Assembly: GCA_963727445.1 (NCBI GenBank)
Contig: CAVSGI010000017.1
Location: 128,001-192,000 of the forward strand
Source: an uncultured delta proteobacterium
GTDB lineage: Bacteria > Myxococcota_A > Polyangia > Polyangiales > B10-G4
Reading direction: 5' to 3'
Length of the DNA: 64,000 nucleotides
The notes below the pieces were generated by a model. It was not told where the DNA came from. It saw only the letters and a list, made by a program, of their open reading frames with translations, and did no database searches. Position 1 is the first letter of the stretch. Each line of letters starts with the position of its first letter. Shown one piece after another: positions 56,627 through 64,000 of the stretch. The position numbers and the translations under genes were made by a program.

Positions 56627-58108
56627 TCAGCTCATCCAGTTGGCGTCGGGCTGCAAGCTCCACTTGGTCGTGAGCTTCTGCGTGCGGGACCAGAGCTCGA
56701 CGCCGCCAGCGCCGGTCATGTCGCCCTGGCCGAAGCGCGAGGACTTGGCGCCGCCGAAGCTGAAGGGCTCGCGGGGGACAGGGACGCCGACGTTGACGCC
56801 CACCATGCCGGTGGGGACGCGATCGGCGACGTAGCGCGCGACGTCCCCGCGGCTGGTGAAGACGCTGGCGGCGTTGCCGTAGGGCGTCGTGTCCTGCAGG
56901 GCGAGGGCCTCATCGAGCGTCTTGACGCGGACGATGGTGAGCACCGGGCCGAAGAGCTCCTTGGTGGTGCACTCCATCTCCATCGAGGCGTGGTCGATGA
57001 TGGTGGGGGCGAGCCAGTTTCCCTTTTCATAGCCCGAGGGCGCCGCGGCGCCGCGGCCGTCGAGGCGGATCTTCGCGCCTTCGTCGGCAGCCTTCGCGAT
57101 GTCGGCGTTCAGGCGGTCGAGCGCCGCCGGATCGATGATGGCGCCCATGTCGGTGCCGAGCTGGACCTTCCCGGCCTTTTCGATGATCGCATCGATCAAG
57201 TGATCGACGTTACCCACGGCGATCATCAGGCTGGCCGCCATGCAGCGCTGGCCGGCGCAGCCGATGAAGGAGCTGACCACGCCGTCGACGGTCACGTCCT
57301 TCTCGGCGTCGGGGACCACGATGAGGTGGTTCTTCGCGCCGCCGAGGCAGAGGGCGCGACGATCCTGCTTGGTGACGCGCTCGTAGACGGCGCGCGCGAC
57401 CGGCGTCGAGCCGACGAAGCCGAGCGCCTGGACGTCCGGATGGTCGGCCAGGGCCTCCACCGCGTCGCGGCCGCCGTGGATGATGGAGAAGACGCCGGGC
57501 GGAAAGCCCGCCTCGACCATCAGCTCGCCGCTCATGTGCGCCGTCAGCGGCACCTTCTCGGACGGCTTGAGGATGAAGGCGTTGCCGAGGGTGACGGCGA
57601 TCGGGTACTGCCACATGGGCACCATCGCCGGGAAGTTGAAGGGCGTGATGCCGGCGACGACGCCGAGCGGGAGGCGACGGGTCTCGCAGGTGACGCCGCG
57701 GCTCACCTCGAGGATGTTGCCCACGTCCATGTTCTGAAGGCTGAGGGCGTACTCGACGATCTCCACGCCCTTGAGGACACCGGCCTTCGCCTCGGCCACC
57801 GTCTTGCCGGACTCGATCGCGGCCGAGTTGCTCAGCCGGTCGATGTGCTCGAGGACGAGCTCGCGGAAACGGAAGAGCACCTGGGTGCGCTCCTTGATCG
57901 GCACCGCGCGCCAGGCGACCTGCGCCTCCTTCGCGGCAGCGACCGCAGGCGCCACGTCGGCGGCCTTGCTCACCGGGATCGTCCCGATGACTTCGTTCGT
58001 GTATGGCGTGACGACGTCCATCCGCTCGCCGCTCTGGGCGTCGCGCCACTCACCGGCGACGAGGTTTTTGGCGACGATGGGCGTGTTCGGAAGCTCTACC
58101 AAGGACAT
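56627..58108 (-). CDS. mmsA: CoA-acylating (methyl)malonate-semialdehyde dehydrogenase
   Basis: ITPFNFPAMVP, KPSE, FVGST, GGAKNH, CAGQRCMA, ELFGP, GMVGVNVGVPVP. Confidence 0.93.
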   Translation of the reverse strand: MSLVELPNTPIVAKNLVAGEWRDAQSGERMDVVTPYTNEVIGTIPVSKAADVAPAVAAAKEAQVAWRAVPIKERTQVLFRFRELVLEHIDRLSNSAAIESGKTVAEAKAGVLKGVEIVEYALSLQNMDVGNILEVSRGVTCETRRLPLGVVAGITPFNFPAMVPMWQYPIAVTLGNAFILKPSEKVPLTAHMSGELMVEAGFPPGVFSIIHGGRDAVEALADHPDVQALGFVGSTPVARAVYERVTKQDRRALCLGGAKNHLIVVPDAEKDVTVDGVVSSFIGCAGQRCMAASLMIAVGNVDHLIDAIIEKAGKVQLGTDMGAIIDPAALDRLNADIAKAADEGAKIRLDGRGAAAPSGYEKGNWLAPTIIDHASMEMECTTKELFGPVLTIVRVKTLDEALALQDTTPYGNAASVFTSRGDVARYVADRVPTGMVGVNVGVPVPREPFSFGGAKSSRFGQGDMTGAGGVELWSRTQKLTTKWSLQPDANWMS

Positions 58109-58143
58109 GATTTCCCCACTGACTCTCTAGAGACGAAGCGGGC

Positions 58144-58172
58144 AATCTGACCCGAGAACGGCGGGCGCGCCA
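58144..58172 (-). promoter_or_regulatory. Shared pyrimidine-catabolism promoter/operator, copy C
   Basis: TGGCGC-GCCCGCCGTTCTCGGGT-CAGATT. Confidence 0.7.
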
Positions 58173-58283
58173 ATCAGGCCCTCGAGATGAGTGAAATCCG
58201 TCCTTTCGCCGTGGGGATGCAGCGTCTTGGTGAGGCGGTGGCCTGGGCGCGGGAAGCGCGTTTCGCTGCTCACGGGGTCTAAC

Positions 58284-58536
58284 GGGGACGGTCTACACTT
58301 TTCAACTTTCGCCACATGCGCGGGGCACCAGCCGAAAGGGCTAACGGGGACGGTCTACACTTTTCAACTTTCGCCACGCACGCCCCATTTCCATCCGCAG
58401 GCGCGCGGCCCTGCCGAAAGTTGAAAAGTGTAGACCGTCCCCATCAGGCGCGGGGCCCTGCCGAAAGTTGAAAAGTGTAGACCGTCCCCATCAGGCGCGG
58501 GGCCCTGCCGAAAGTTGAAAAGTGTAGACCGTCCCC
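58284..58536. repeat. Five identical 28-bp repeats: two forward then three inverted (REPIN/BIME-like)
   Basis: GGGGACGGTCTACACTTTTCAACTTTCG at 58284 and 58346 (+); reverse complement at 58415, 58462 and 58509. Confidence 0.95.
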
Positions 58537-58589
58537 ATCGCTGGCGGCCTTCGGCCGGCCACGGGTTTGAGCCTTTTCTTGGGAGCCTC

Positions 58590-58646
58590 AACGCACTGCC
58601 GGCTCGGGCCCGCTGCGCTCCCGTACGCTCTGCGGCCCCGAGCCTT
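58590..58646. repeat. Single shortened relative of the 105-bp element
   Basis: AACGCA.T.CCGGCTCgGGCCCGCTGCGCTC...CCCgAGCCTT compared with the 13022 units. Confidence 0.7.
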
Positions 58647-58657
58647 CTCCTAGGGGC

Positions 58658-60202
58658 CTAGAGGCCGATCATGACCGATGCGCTGCCCGAGGCCATGCCG
58701 CCCATGGCGCTGCCGCCCGCGGACGCGCCGGCGTTCAGCATCACCGACGGCGGCCGAACCTGCGCCGCCGCCATGTTGGCCGCGGCCTGGGCTTCGACCC
58801 GGGCGCGCTGCGCCTGGCCGCGGGCGTTCACCGCCGCCGCACGCGCGCGATCGGCCTCGGCCTGCGCCTGGGCCGCCGCCATGTTCGCCTGGGCGCGCGC
58901 CATTCCGGCCGCCGCGTGGGCCGCGCCCGCTGCCGCGTGGGCCCCACCCATGGCGCTCACGTCGACCTCGACGTCGCCGCCGACATCCGCCACCGCCGTA
59001 CCGCTGTGACGACCGCGCACCTCGGCGTTCGAAGCGAGACGCATCTGCTGGCCCGGCGGGATCGCGCCCCCCGCGCCCGACTCGAGGCGCGAACGCCAGG
59101 CCACGCCGAGATGACGGCCCGCGGCCACAGCGATGCCGCCGCGCTGTGCATGACCCTCGCGCTCGACGACCACCTGGATCGGCGCGGTGCTCACGTCGAC
59201 GTCCGCCGCGAGCTCCCCCTTGTACGCGCCCGCGCCCTCGTCCCAGGCGAGCATCACGGGCGCGTCCACACCCGCGACCTCGACCGTGACGTCCGCGCCC
59301 GCCGTCACGGCTTCGCCGTTGGGCGCGGTCACGTAGGCCTCGAGCTGGCCGTTCGCCGCCGGGACGAGCTCCACGTTGAGGTCGCCCACCGCGACCACGT
59401 CGCCCTCGTGAGCGGGCGCCGCCACCGACACGTCGGCGAGGCCGGAGCTCTGCTCCTGGCCGTTGATGGTCGCAGCCAGGGAGAGGTTGCCGTTGGCGAT
59501 CGTCGTGCCCTCGGGCAGTACGGCCACGAAGCCCGCGCTGGGCTCGTCCCACTGCACGGGCACCTCGACGGTCTGCCCGCCTTCGGCCGTCACGTCGACC
59601 TTCATGTCGACGTTGGCATCGGCGCCGAGATAGGCGTCGCCCTGCTTGGCAGCGATGTAGAGCACTCCGTCCGCCTCCGGGCGAACCTCCGCGGCGATGT
59701 CGCCGACGAGCACCACGTGACCGCCGTAGACCGGGGTCGGCGCGACCGCGACCGTCGGCGCGCTCGCCTCCACCGTCGCGTCACCCTGGGTGACCTTCAC
59801 CGTCGCGGGACCGGGCGCAGGCGCCGTGCCCGCCATCGTGCCCATGTACGCAGACGCCGAGGCATCCCAGGCCAGGGTCACGGTATGCGGCTGTCCGTCG
59901 GCGCCCTGCATCTCGACCTCGAGGTTCGCGTCCTGCACGGGCGCGCCCTCGGCGTTCGACACGAACGCCTTCACGACGCCACGCGCCTCGGGGCGGAGCT
60001 CGACGCCGAACTGTCCGACCGCCATCCGAAGTCCGCCGATCCGCGAGGCGATGGAAGCGAGGTCGATCGCTGGCGCCGGCGGCACCTCTTCGGCCTCGAC
60101 TTCGGGCTCTGCGTTGGTGTTCGAGGGGTCTTCTTGTGCTGGCTCGTCGCAAGCCATGGCCAGGGCGAGGGCGAGGAGCGTGAGGGTCTTGATGTGTTTC
60201 AT
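58658..60202 (-). CDS. Hypothetical lipoprotein with three repeated beta-rich domains and Ala-rich tail
   Basis: Lipobox LAMAC; repeats GG.....VG....E..P plus L.WD.....Y.G; GGAG SD. Confidence 0.75.
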   Translation of the reverse strand: MKHIKTLTLLALALAMACDEPAQEDPSNTNAEPEVEAEEVPPAPAIDLASIASRIGGLRMAVGQFGVELRPEARGVVKAFVSNAEGAPVQDANLEVEMQGADGQPHTVTLAWDASASAYMGTMAGTAPAPGPATVKVTQGDATVEASAPTVAVAPTPVYGGHVVLVGDIAAEVRPEADGVLYIAAKQGDAYLGADANVDMKVDVTAEGGQTVEVPVQWDEPSAGFVAVLPEGTTIANGNLSLAATINGQEQSSGLADVSVAAPAHEGDVVAVGDLNVELVPAANGQLEAYVTAPNGEAVTAGADVTVEVAGVDAPVMLAWDEGAGAYKGELAADVDVSTAPIQVVVEREGHAQRGGIAVAAGRHLGVAWRSRLESGAGGAIPPGQQMRLASNAEVRGRHSGTAVADVGGDVEVDVSAMGGAHAAAGAAHAAAGMARAQANMAAAQAQAEADRARAAAVNARGQAQRARVEAQAAANMAAAQVRPPSVMLNAGASAGGSAMGGMASGSASVMIGL

Positions 60203-60314
60203 GGGGTCTCCTGGACCGGCGAGCATATCGAATCACGCCCCGGACCGAAGTCGCCGAATGGGTGCAGAAGAGAAAGACCGTTGTCATTGAAATCCTTCAG
60301 TATTCGCTTCGGAC

Positions 60315-60350
60315 TTGAGTCCAGCCGCGAAGTTAGTGAATACTTACTAA
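60315..60350 (+). promoter_or_regulatory. Leaderless sigma70-type promoter overlapped by a TetR-type operator
   Basis: TTGAGT(60315)-N18-AATACT-N6-ATG; imperfect palindrome TTAGTGAATACTTACTAA at 60333-60350. Confidence 0.65.
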
Positions 60351-60956
60351 ATGTCCTCTTCAGGCCGCCTGAGCTCCGAAGCCCGCAAGGGTTCCATCAT
60401 GACGGCGGCGATCGAGGTCTTCGCCGACGGCGGTTTTCGTGGGACCACCACCGCGGCCCTGGCGAAGGCCGCCGGGATCACCGAGGCCCTGCTCTACCGA
60501 CACTTTCGGAGCAAGAAGCACCTCTTCATCGGTGCAGTGGAGAAGGTCCTCTCCGCCGTCGACGCCGAGGTGAAGAAGAATCTCGAGGCGCACGCCCATC
60601 CGGCCGAAGCGCTCTCGGCGCTCCTCCTCTACTTCCAGAACGAGCTCCGCCACAACCCCGAGCTCGGTCAGCTCACCTACGCGGTGACCGGTGAGCTCGG
60701 CGATCCCGACATGCGTGCGGTCTACCTCCGCTATCAGGATCGGATCCTCGGGCGCATCGAGGACGCAATCCGGGGCTGGGAGCGCGACGGCTACGTCAAG
60801 AGCGGCGTCGATGCGCGCGCGGCCGCGTGGATCATCCTCGGCGCCCACCAGACCCTGACCCTGATGCAGCGATGCGACCGGCTCGACGAGATCGGACCGG
60901 AGCACGTGCGAGCGTTCGTTTCGGCCTTCCTGGTCGAAGAAGAAGCCGAGGTGTGA
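60351..60956 (+). CDS. TetR/AcrR family transcriptional regulator
   Basis: I.TAAIEVFA..GF.GTTT..LA..AGIT..LLYRHFRSK..LF. Confidence 0.93.
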   Translation: MSSSGRLSSEARKGSIMTAAIEVFADGGFRGTTTAALAKAAGITEALLYRHFRSKKHLFIGAVEKVLSAVDAEVKKNLEAHAHPAEALSALLLYFQNELRHNPELGQLTYAVTGELGDPDMRAVYLRYQDRILGRIEDAIRGWERDGYVKSGVDARAAAWIILGAHQTLTLMQRCDRLDEIGPEHVRAFVSAFLVEEEAEV

Positions 60957-60957
60957 C

Positions 60958-61899
60958 ATGTCTCGAACCGGGTTCAAAGACCAGCTCGCCCGCGCGGTGA
61001 ACCGCGCGGTCGATGCCTTCGGTGGGCATACTTTTCAGATCCGTCCCGAGGTGCGCTACCGCAAGGTTCAGCGCCTCTACGAGAACGCCAAGCGCGATCA
61101 GTGGAACGCCGCGGTAAAGCTCCCCGGCGAGGAGCCGCTCGATCCCGGCGTGCTCTCACCCACGGAGGTCACGGCGATCTGTCGTCTCTTCAGCCAGCTC
61201 TACTACGGCGAGCGCGGCGCTCAGGTCATCAGCGGCCAGCTCTGCACCATGGCGCCCGACAACGAGGCGGCGAAGTTCCTGAGCTCGCAGTGCATGGACG
61301 AGGCGCGGCACGTGGAGGTCTTCGAGCGCCTGCTCACGCGCATGGACGGCATCTACCCGATGAACCCCTTCCTGAACGCGCTCCTCACCGACATGAAGCG
61401 GACCGACAGGCTCGAGGAGAAGCTGGTCGGGATGAACCTCCTGGTCGAGGGGCTCGCCCTGAGCGTCTTCAAGTTCGCGGTGAAGCTCTTCGACGAGGAT
61501 CCCCGCTACCGCTCCGAGGTCGGCCATCAGGTGCACGAGTCCATCCGGATGATCCTCCGCGACGAGTCCCGCCACGTCGGCTTCGGGATGCTCTACCTGC
61601 CGGACCTCCTCCGCGCCCTCCCCGCTCGCCGCCTGCGCGAGCTCGAGGCGCGCCAGCTCGTCTGGATGGGCCTGCTCTTCGGCTCGGTGCGCTACCACAA
61701 GCGCGACGCCGCCATCGTCGGCATTCCCTACGTCGAGATCCTCGCCGACATCCTCGCCGACCACGAAAAGCGCGTCGAGGAGATGGGCGTCAGCGGCATC
61801 GTCACGGGCGCGCAGCTCGCGCAATACGTCCCCGTGATCGACGAGGTGCTCGACCGGGTCACCGGCTACGAGGCGCCCGAGCTGCCGGAAGCCGCCTGA
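60958..61899 (+). CDS. Ferritin-like diiron protein (AurF/desaturase-like fold)
   Basis: GE..A, DEARH, VEG.A, DESRH: two ExxH diiron motifs. Confidence 0.82.
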   Translation: MSRTGFKDQLARAVNRAVDAFGGHTFQIRPEVRYRKVQRLYENAKRDQWNAAVKLPGEEPLDPGVLSPTEVTAICRLFSQLYYGERGAQVISGQLCTMAPDNEAAKFLSSQCMDEARHVEVFERLLTRMDGIYPMNPFLNALLTDMKRTDRLEEKLVGMNLLVEGLALSVFKFAVKLFDEDPRYRSEVGHQVHESIRMILRDESRHVGFGMLYLPDLLRALPARRLRELEARQLVWMGLLFGSVRYHKRDAAIVGIPYVEILADILADHEKRVEEMGVSGIVTGAQLAQYVPVIDEVLDRVTGYEAPELPEAA

Positions 61900-61935
61900 C
61901 TCGAGACGCGCCGCGAGCGTACGCGGTTCGCTTCT

Positions 61936-64000
61936 CTAACACTTGATGCGCGTCATCTTCGGGTCGTAGAGCGGCGCGAGGCTGAGGACGGCCGGGTGAC
62001 GCGTCCCCGCGATGTCGACCTCCCACTCACCCGCATCGAGATAGGCCTGGGTGATGGGCTCGTCCGCTTCGATCATCGCGAGCCCCACCGCGCCGCCGAG
62101 GGTGTGTCCGTAGGAGGCGGCGCGGATGTAGCCCAACGGCTCGCCGTCCCTCAGAACGATCTCCGCGTGGAACATCATCGGCTCGGGGTCCTTCACCAGG
62201 ACCTGAACCAGCGCCTTCTTCAGCGGCCCCGCTTCCTTCTGCGAACGCACCGCGTCCTTGCCGAGGAAGCCGCTCTTCTTCTTCATGCTCACCGCGAAGC
62301 CCAGCCCCGCCTCGAGCACCGTGTCGGTGTTGTCGATGTCGTGGCCGTAGTCGCGGTACGCCTTCTCCATGCGCAGGCTCGACAGCGCCTTGAGGCCCGC
62401 GTGGACCAGGCCCAGGGGCTCGCCGCGCTCCACCAACAGGTCGTAGACGTGGCACGCGTTCTCGGCCGGGATGTAGAGCTCGTAGCCGAGCTCGCCCAGA
62501 TAGGTGATGCGGATGCAGGTGACCCGGGCGTAGCCGATCTCGATCTCGCGCACGGTTCGGAAGGGAAACGCCTCGTTGGACAGGTCCGCGGTCGTCAGCG
62601 CCGAGAGCACCTCGCGCGACTTCGGGCCCTGCACGTTGAGCTGCGCCAGGGCGCCGGTGATGTCGGTGATGGTGACGTGCGCGTCCTCGGCGAGGTGCCG
62701 ATGCATCCACGCCTCCACGTGACGGTGCGCGGTGTCGGTGGCGACCACCACGAACTTCTGCGGGTCGAGCTTGGCGACCGTGAAATCCGCCTGGAGCTTG
62801 CCGTCCTCGTCGAGCCACTGGGTGTAGGTGATGCGCCCCGACTTGCCGTTCACGCGTCCCGCGCTGAGCCAGTCGAGGAAGGCGCCCGCGTCCCGGCCCT
62901 GGACCATGAACTTCGACATGAAGGACATGTCCATCACGATCGCGGCCTCGCGCGCCGCGCGATGCTCCGCCTCCCAGTAGGGAAACCAGTTCTGCCGGCC
63001 CCAGGAGAGGCGCTCGACCTCGGGCTCTTCGCCGGACGGCGCGAACCAGTCGGCGCCTTCCCAACCGCTGACGTCGCGGAAGTACGCGCCGCGCGCCGCG
63101 AGCCGGTCGTAGAAGGGTGACTTCTTCGCGCCACGCGCCTGCTCGGGCGAGCGCGTCGGGTAGTGGCATTGATAGACCATGCCGAGCATCTCCACCGTGC
63201 GGCGCGCGCGATACTCGGGGTTCGTCTGGTACGGATGAAGGCGGTCGACGTTCATGTAGGTGACGTCGCAGTCCGGTCGGCCCGTGAGGATCCAGTGGGC
63301 GAGGACGCGCCCGAGACCGCCGCCGGTGGTGATGCCGATCGAGTTGAGCCCCGCCGCCACGAAGTAGTTCTTCACCTCGGGCGCCTCACCCACGATGGGG
63401 CCGAGGTCCGGCGTGAAGCTCTCGGGCCCGCAGAAGAAGAGCTTCACCCCCGCCGTCAGGCTCGAAGGAATGCGGCTCATCGCCTTTTCGAGGTAGGGCC
63501 CCATGCGATCCCAGTCGGGCGGGAGCGTGCCGAAGGAGAAGTCCTTGGGGATCCCCTCCACCTTCCACGGCGCGCACACCGGCTCGAAGAGACCGATCAT
63601 CAAGCCGCCGCCCTCGGGGCGGTAGTAACCGTAAGAGCCCGGATCCTCGAGGACCGGAAGGTCGGCAGTGATCTCCGCCATGGGCTCGGTGAGCAGGTAG
63701 TAGTGCTCCGTCGCCTGCAGCGGCACGCTCACCCCCGACAGGCGCCCGAGCTGATGCGCCCACATGCCCGCGCAGTTGACCACCACCTCGCACTCGATCT
63801 CGCCGGCGGTGGTGCTCACGGACTTCACGGCGCCGCGCTCGGTGGTGACGCCGGTCACGCTCACGCCCTCGATCACGTGCGCGCCCGCGAGGCGGGCGCC
63901 CTTGCCGAGAGCCATGGTGACGTCGACCGGATTCACCCGGCCGTCCTCCTTCACGTAGAAGCCCGCGAGGATGTCGTCGGTGTGCGCGGGGGGAAAGAGC
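61936..64000 (-). CDS. GcvT-family FAD-dependent oxidoreductase (dimethylglycine/sarcosine dehydrogenase-like), 5' end outside the window
   Basis: VVNCAGMW, GPESFTPD, AGLNSIG, GWE.ADWF, DMSFMSK, QGPKSR, YLGELGYE, SLRMEKAY, YDP. Confidence 0.92.
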   Translation of the reverse strand, partial: LFPPAHTDDILAGFYVKEDGRVNPVDVTMALGKGARLAGAHVIEGVSVTGVTTERGAVKSVSTTAGEIECEVVVNCAGMWAHQLGRLSGVSVPLQATEHYYLLTEPMAEITADLPVLEDPGSYGYYRPEGGGLMIGLFEPVCAPWKVEGIPKDFSFGTLPPDWDRMGPYLEKAMSRIPSSLTAGVKLFFCGPESFTPDLGPIVGEAPEVKNYFVAAGLNSIGITTGGGLGRVLAHWILTGRPDCDVTYMNVDRLHPYQTNPEYRARRTVEMLGMVYQCHYPTRSPEQARGAKKSPFYDRLAARGAYFRDVSGWEGADWFAPSGEEPEVERLSWGRQNWFPYWEAEHRAAREAAIVMDMSFMSKFMVQGRDAGAFLDWLSAGRVNGKSGRITYTQWLDEDGKLQADFTVAKLDPQKFVVVATDTAHRHVEAWMHRHLAEDAHVTITDITGALAQLNVQGPKSREVLSALTTADLSNEAFPFRTVREIEIGYARVTCIRITYLGELGYELYIPAENACHVYDLLVERGEPLGLVHAGLKALSSLRMEKAYRDYGHDIDNTDTVLEAGLGFAVSMKKKSGFLGKDAVRSQKEAGPLKKALVQVLVKDPEPMMFHAEIVLRDGEPLGYIRAASYGHTLGGAVGLAMIEADEPITQAYLDAGEWEVDIAGTRHPAVLSLAPLYDPKMTRIKC

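Noticed and set aside
58284..58536. CRISPR array
   Set aside because: Repeats switch orientation, the linkers between inverted copies are identical and only 19 bp, and there are no cas genes in the window
60351..60956. TetR as the RutR-like regulator of the pyrimidine motif
   Set aside because: Its own upstream palindrome is unrelated to GACCCG-N4-CGGGTC and it is coupled to a diiron gene; not excluded but unsupported

Overview
High-GC bacterial chromosome window. It most likely comes from a Myxococcota (Polyangia-like) genome; this is inferred from MYXO-CTERM-like tails, a DUF1592/DUF1552 pair, a CglB-like VWA lipoprotein and many Cys-rich lipoproteins. There are about 50 genes and I found no rRNA, tRNA or CRISPR array. 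The main structure is a complete reductive pyrimidine catabolic pathway: NCS1 permease, PreA/PreT dihydropyrimidine dehydrogenase, class-III aminotransferase, dihydropyrimidinase, beta-ureidopropionase-type nitrilase and malonate-semialdehyde dehydrogenase. It is split into four minus-strand blocks whose starts lie about 10-12 kb apart, with unrelated genes in between. All four blocks carry the same upstream element (TGGACG-N17-CAAAGT), and three also share a quasi-palindromic operator-like spacer. Other content includes a sugar isomerase/ABC transporter locus, a VKOR-DsbA / OmpA-like / TlpA operon, two families of structured intergenic repeats, and many apparently leaderless promoters. A 2.5-kb mosaic at 42.4-44.9 kb holds an IS256 left end, a probable orphan toxin tip with immunity gene, a truncated RAYT-like HUH transposase, an IS3 left end and a subtilase fragment. 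Three genes carry +1 frameshifts with a shared signature that suggests a consensus artefact. All product calls come from motif recognition by eye, not from database searches.
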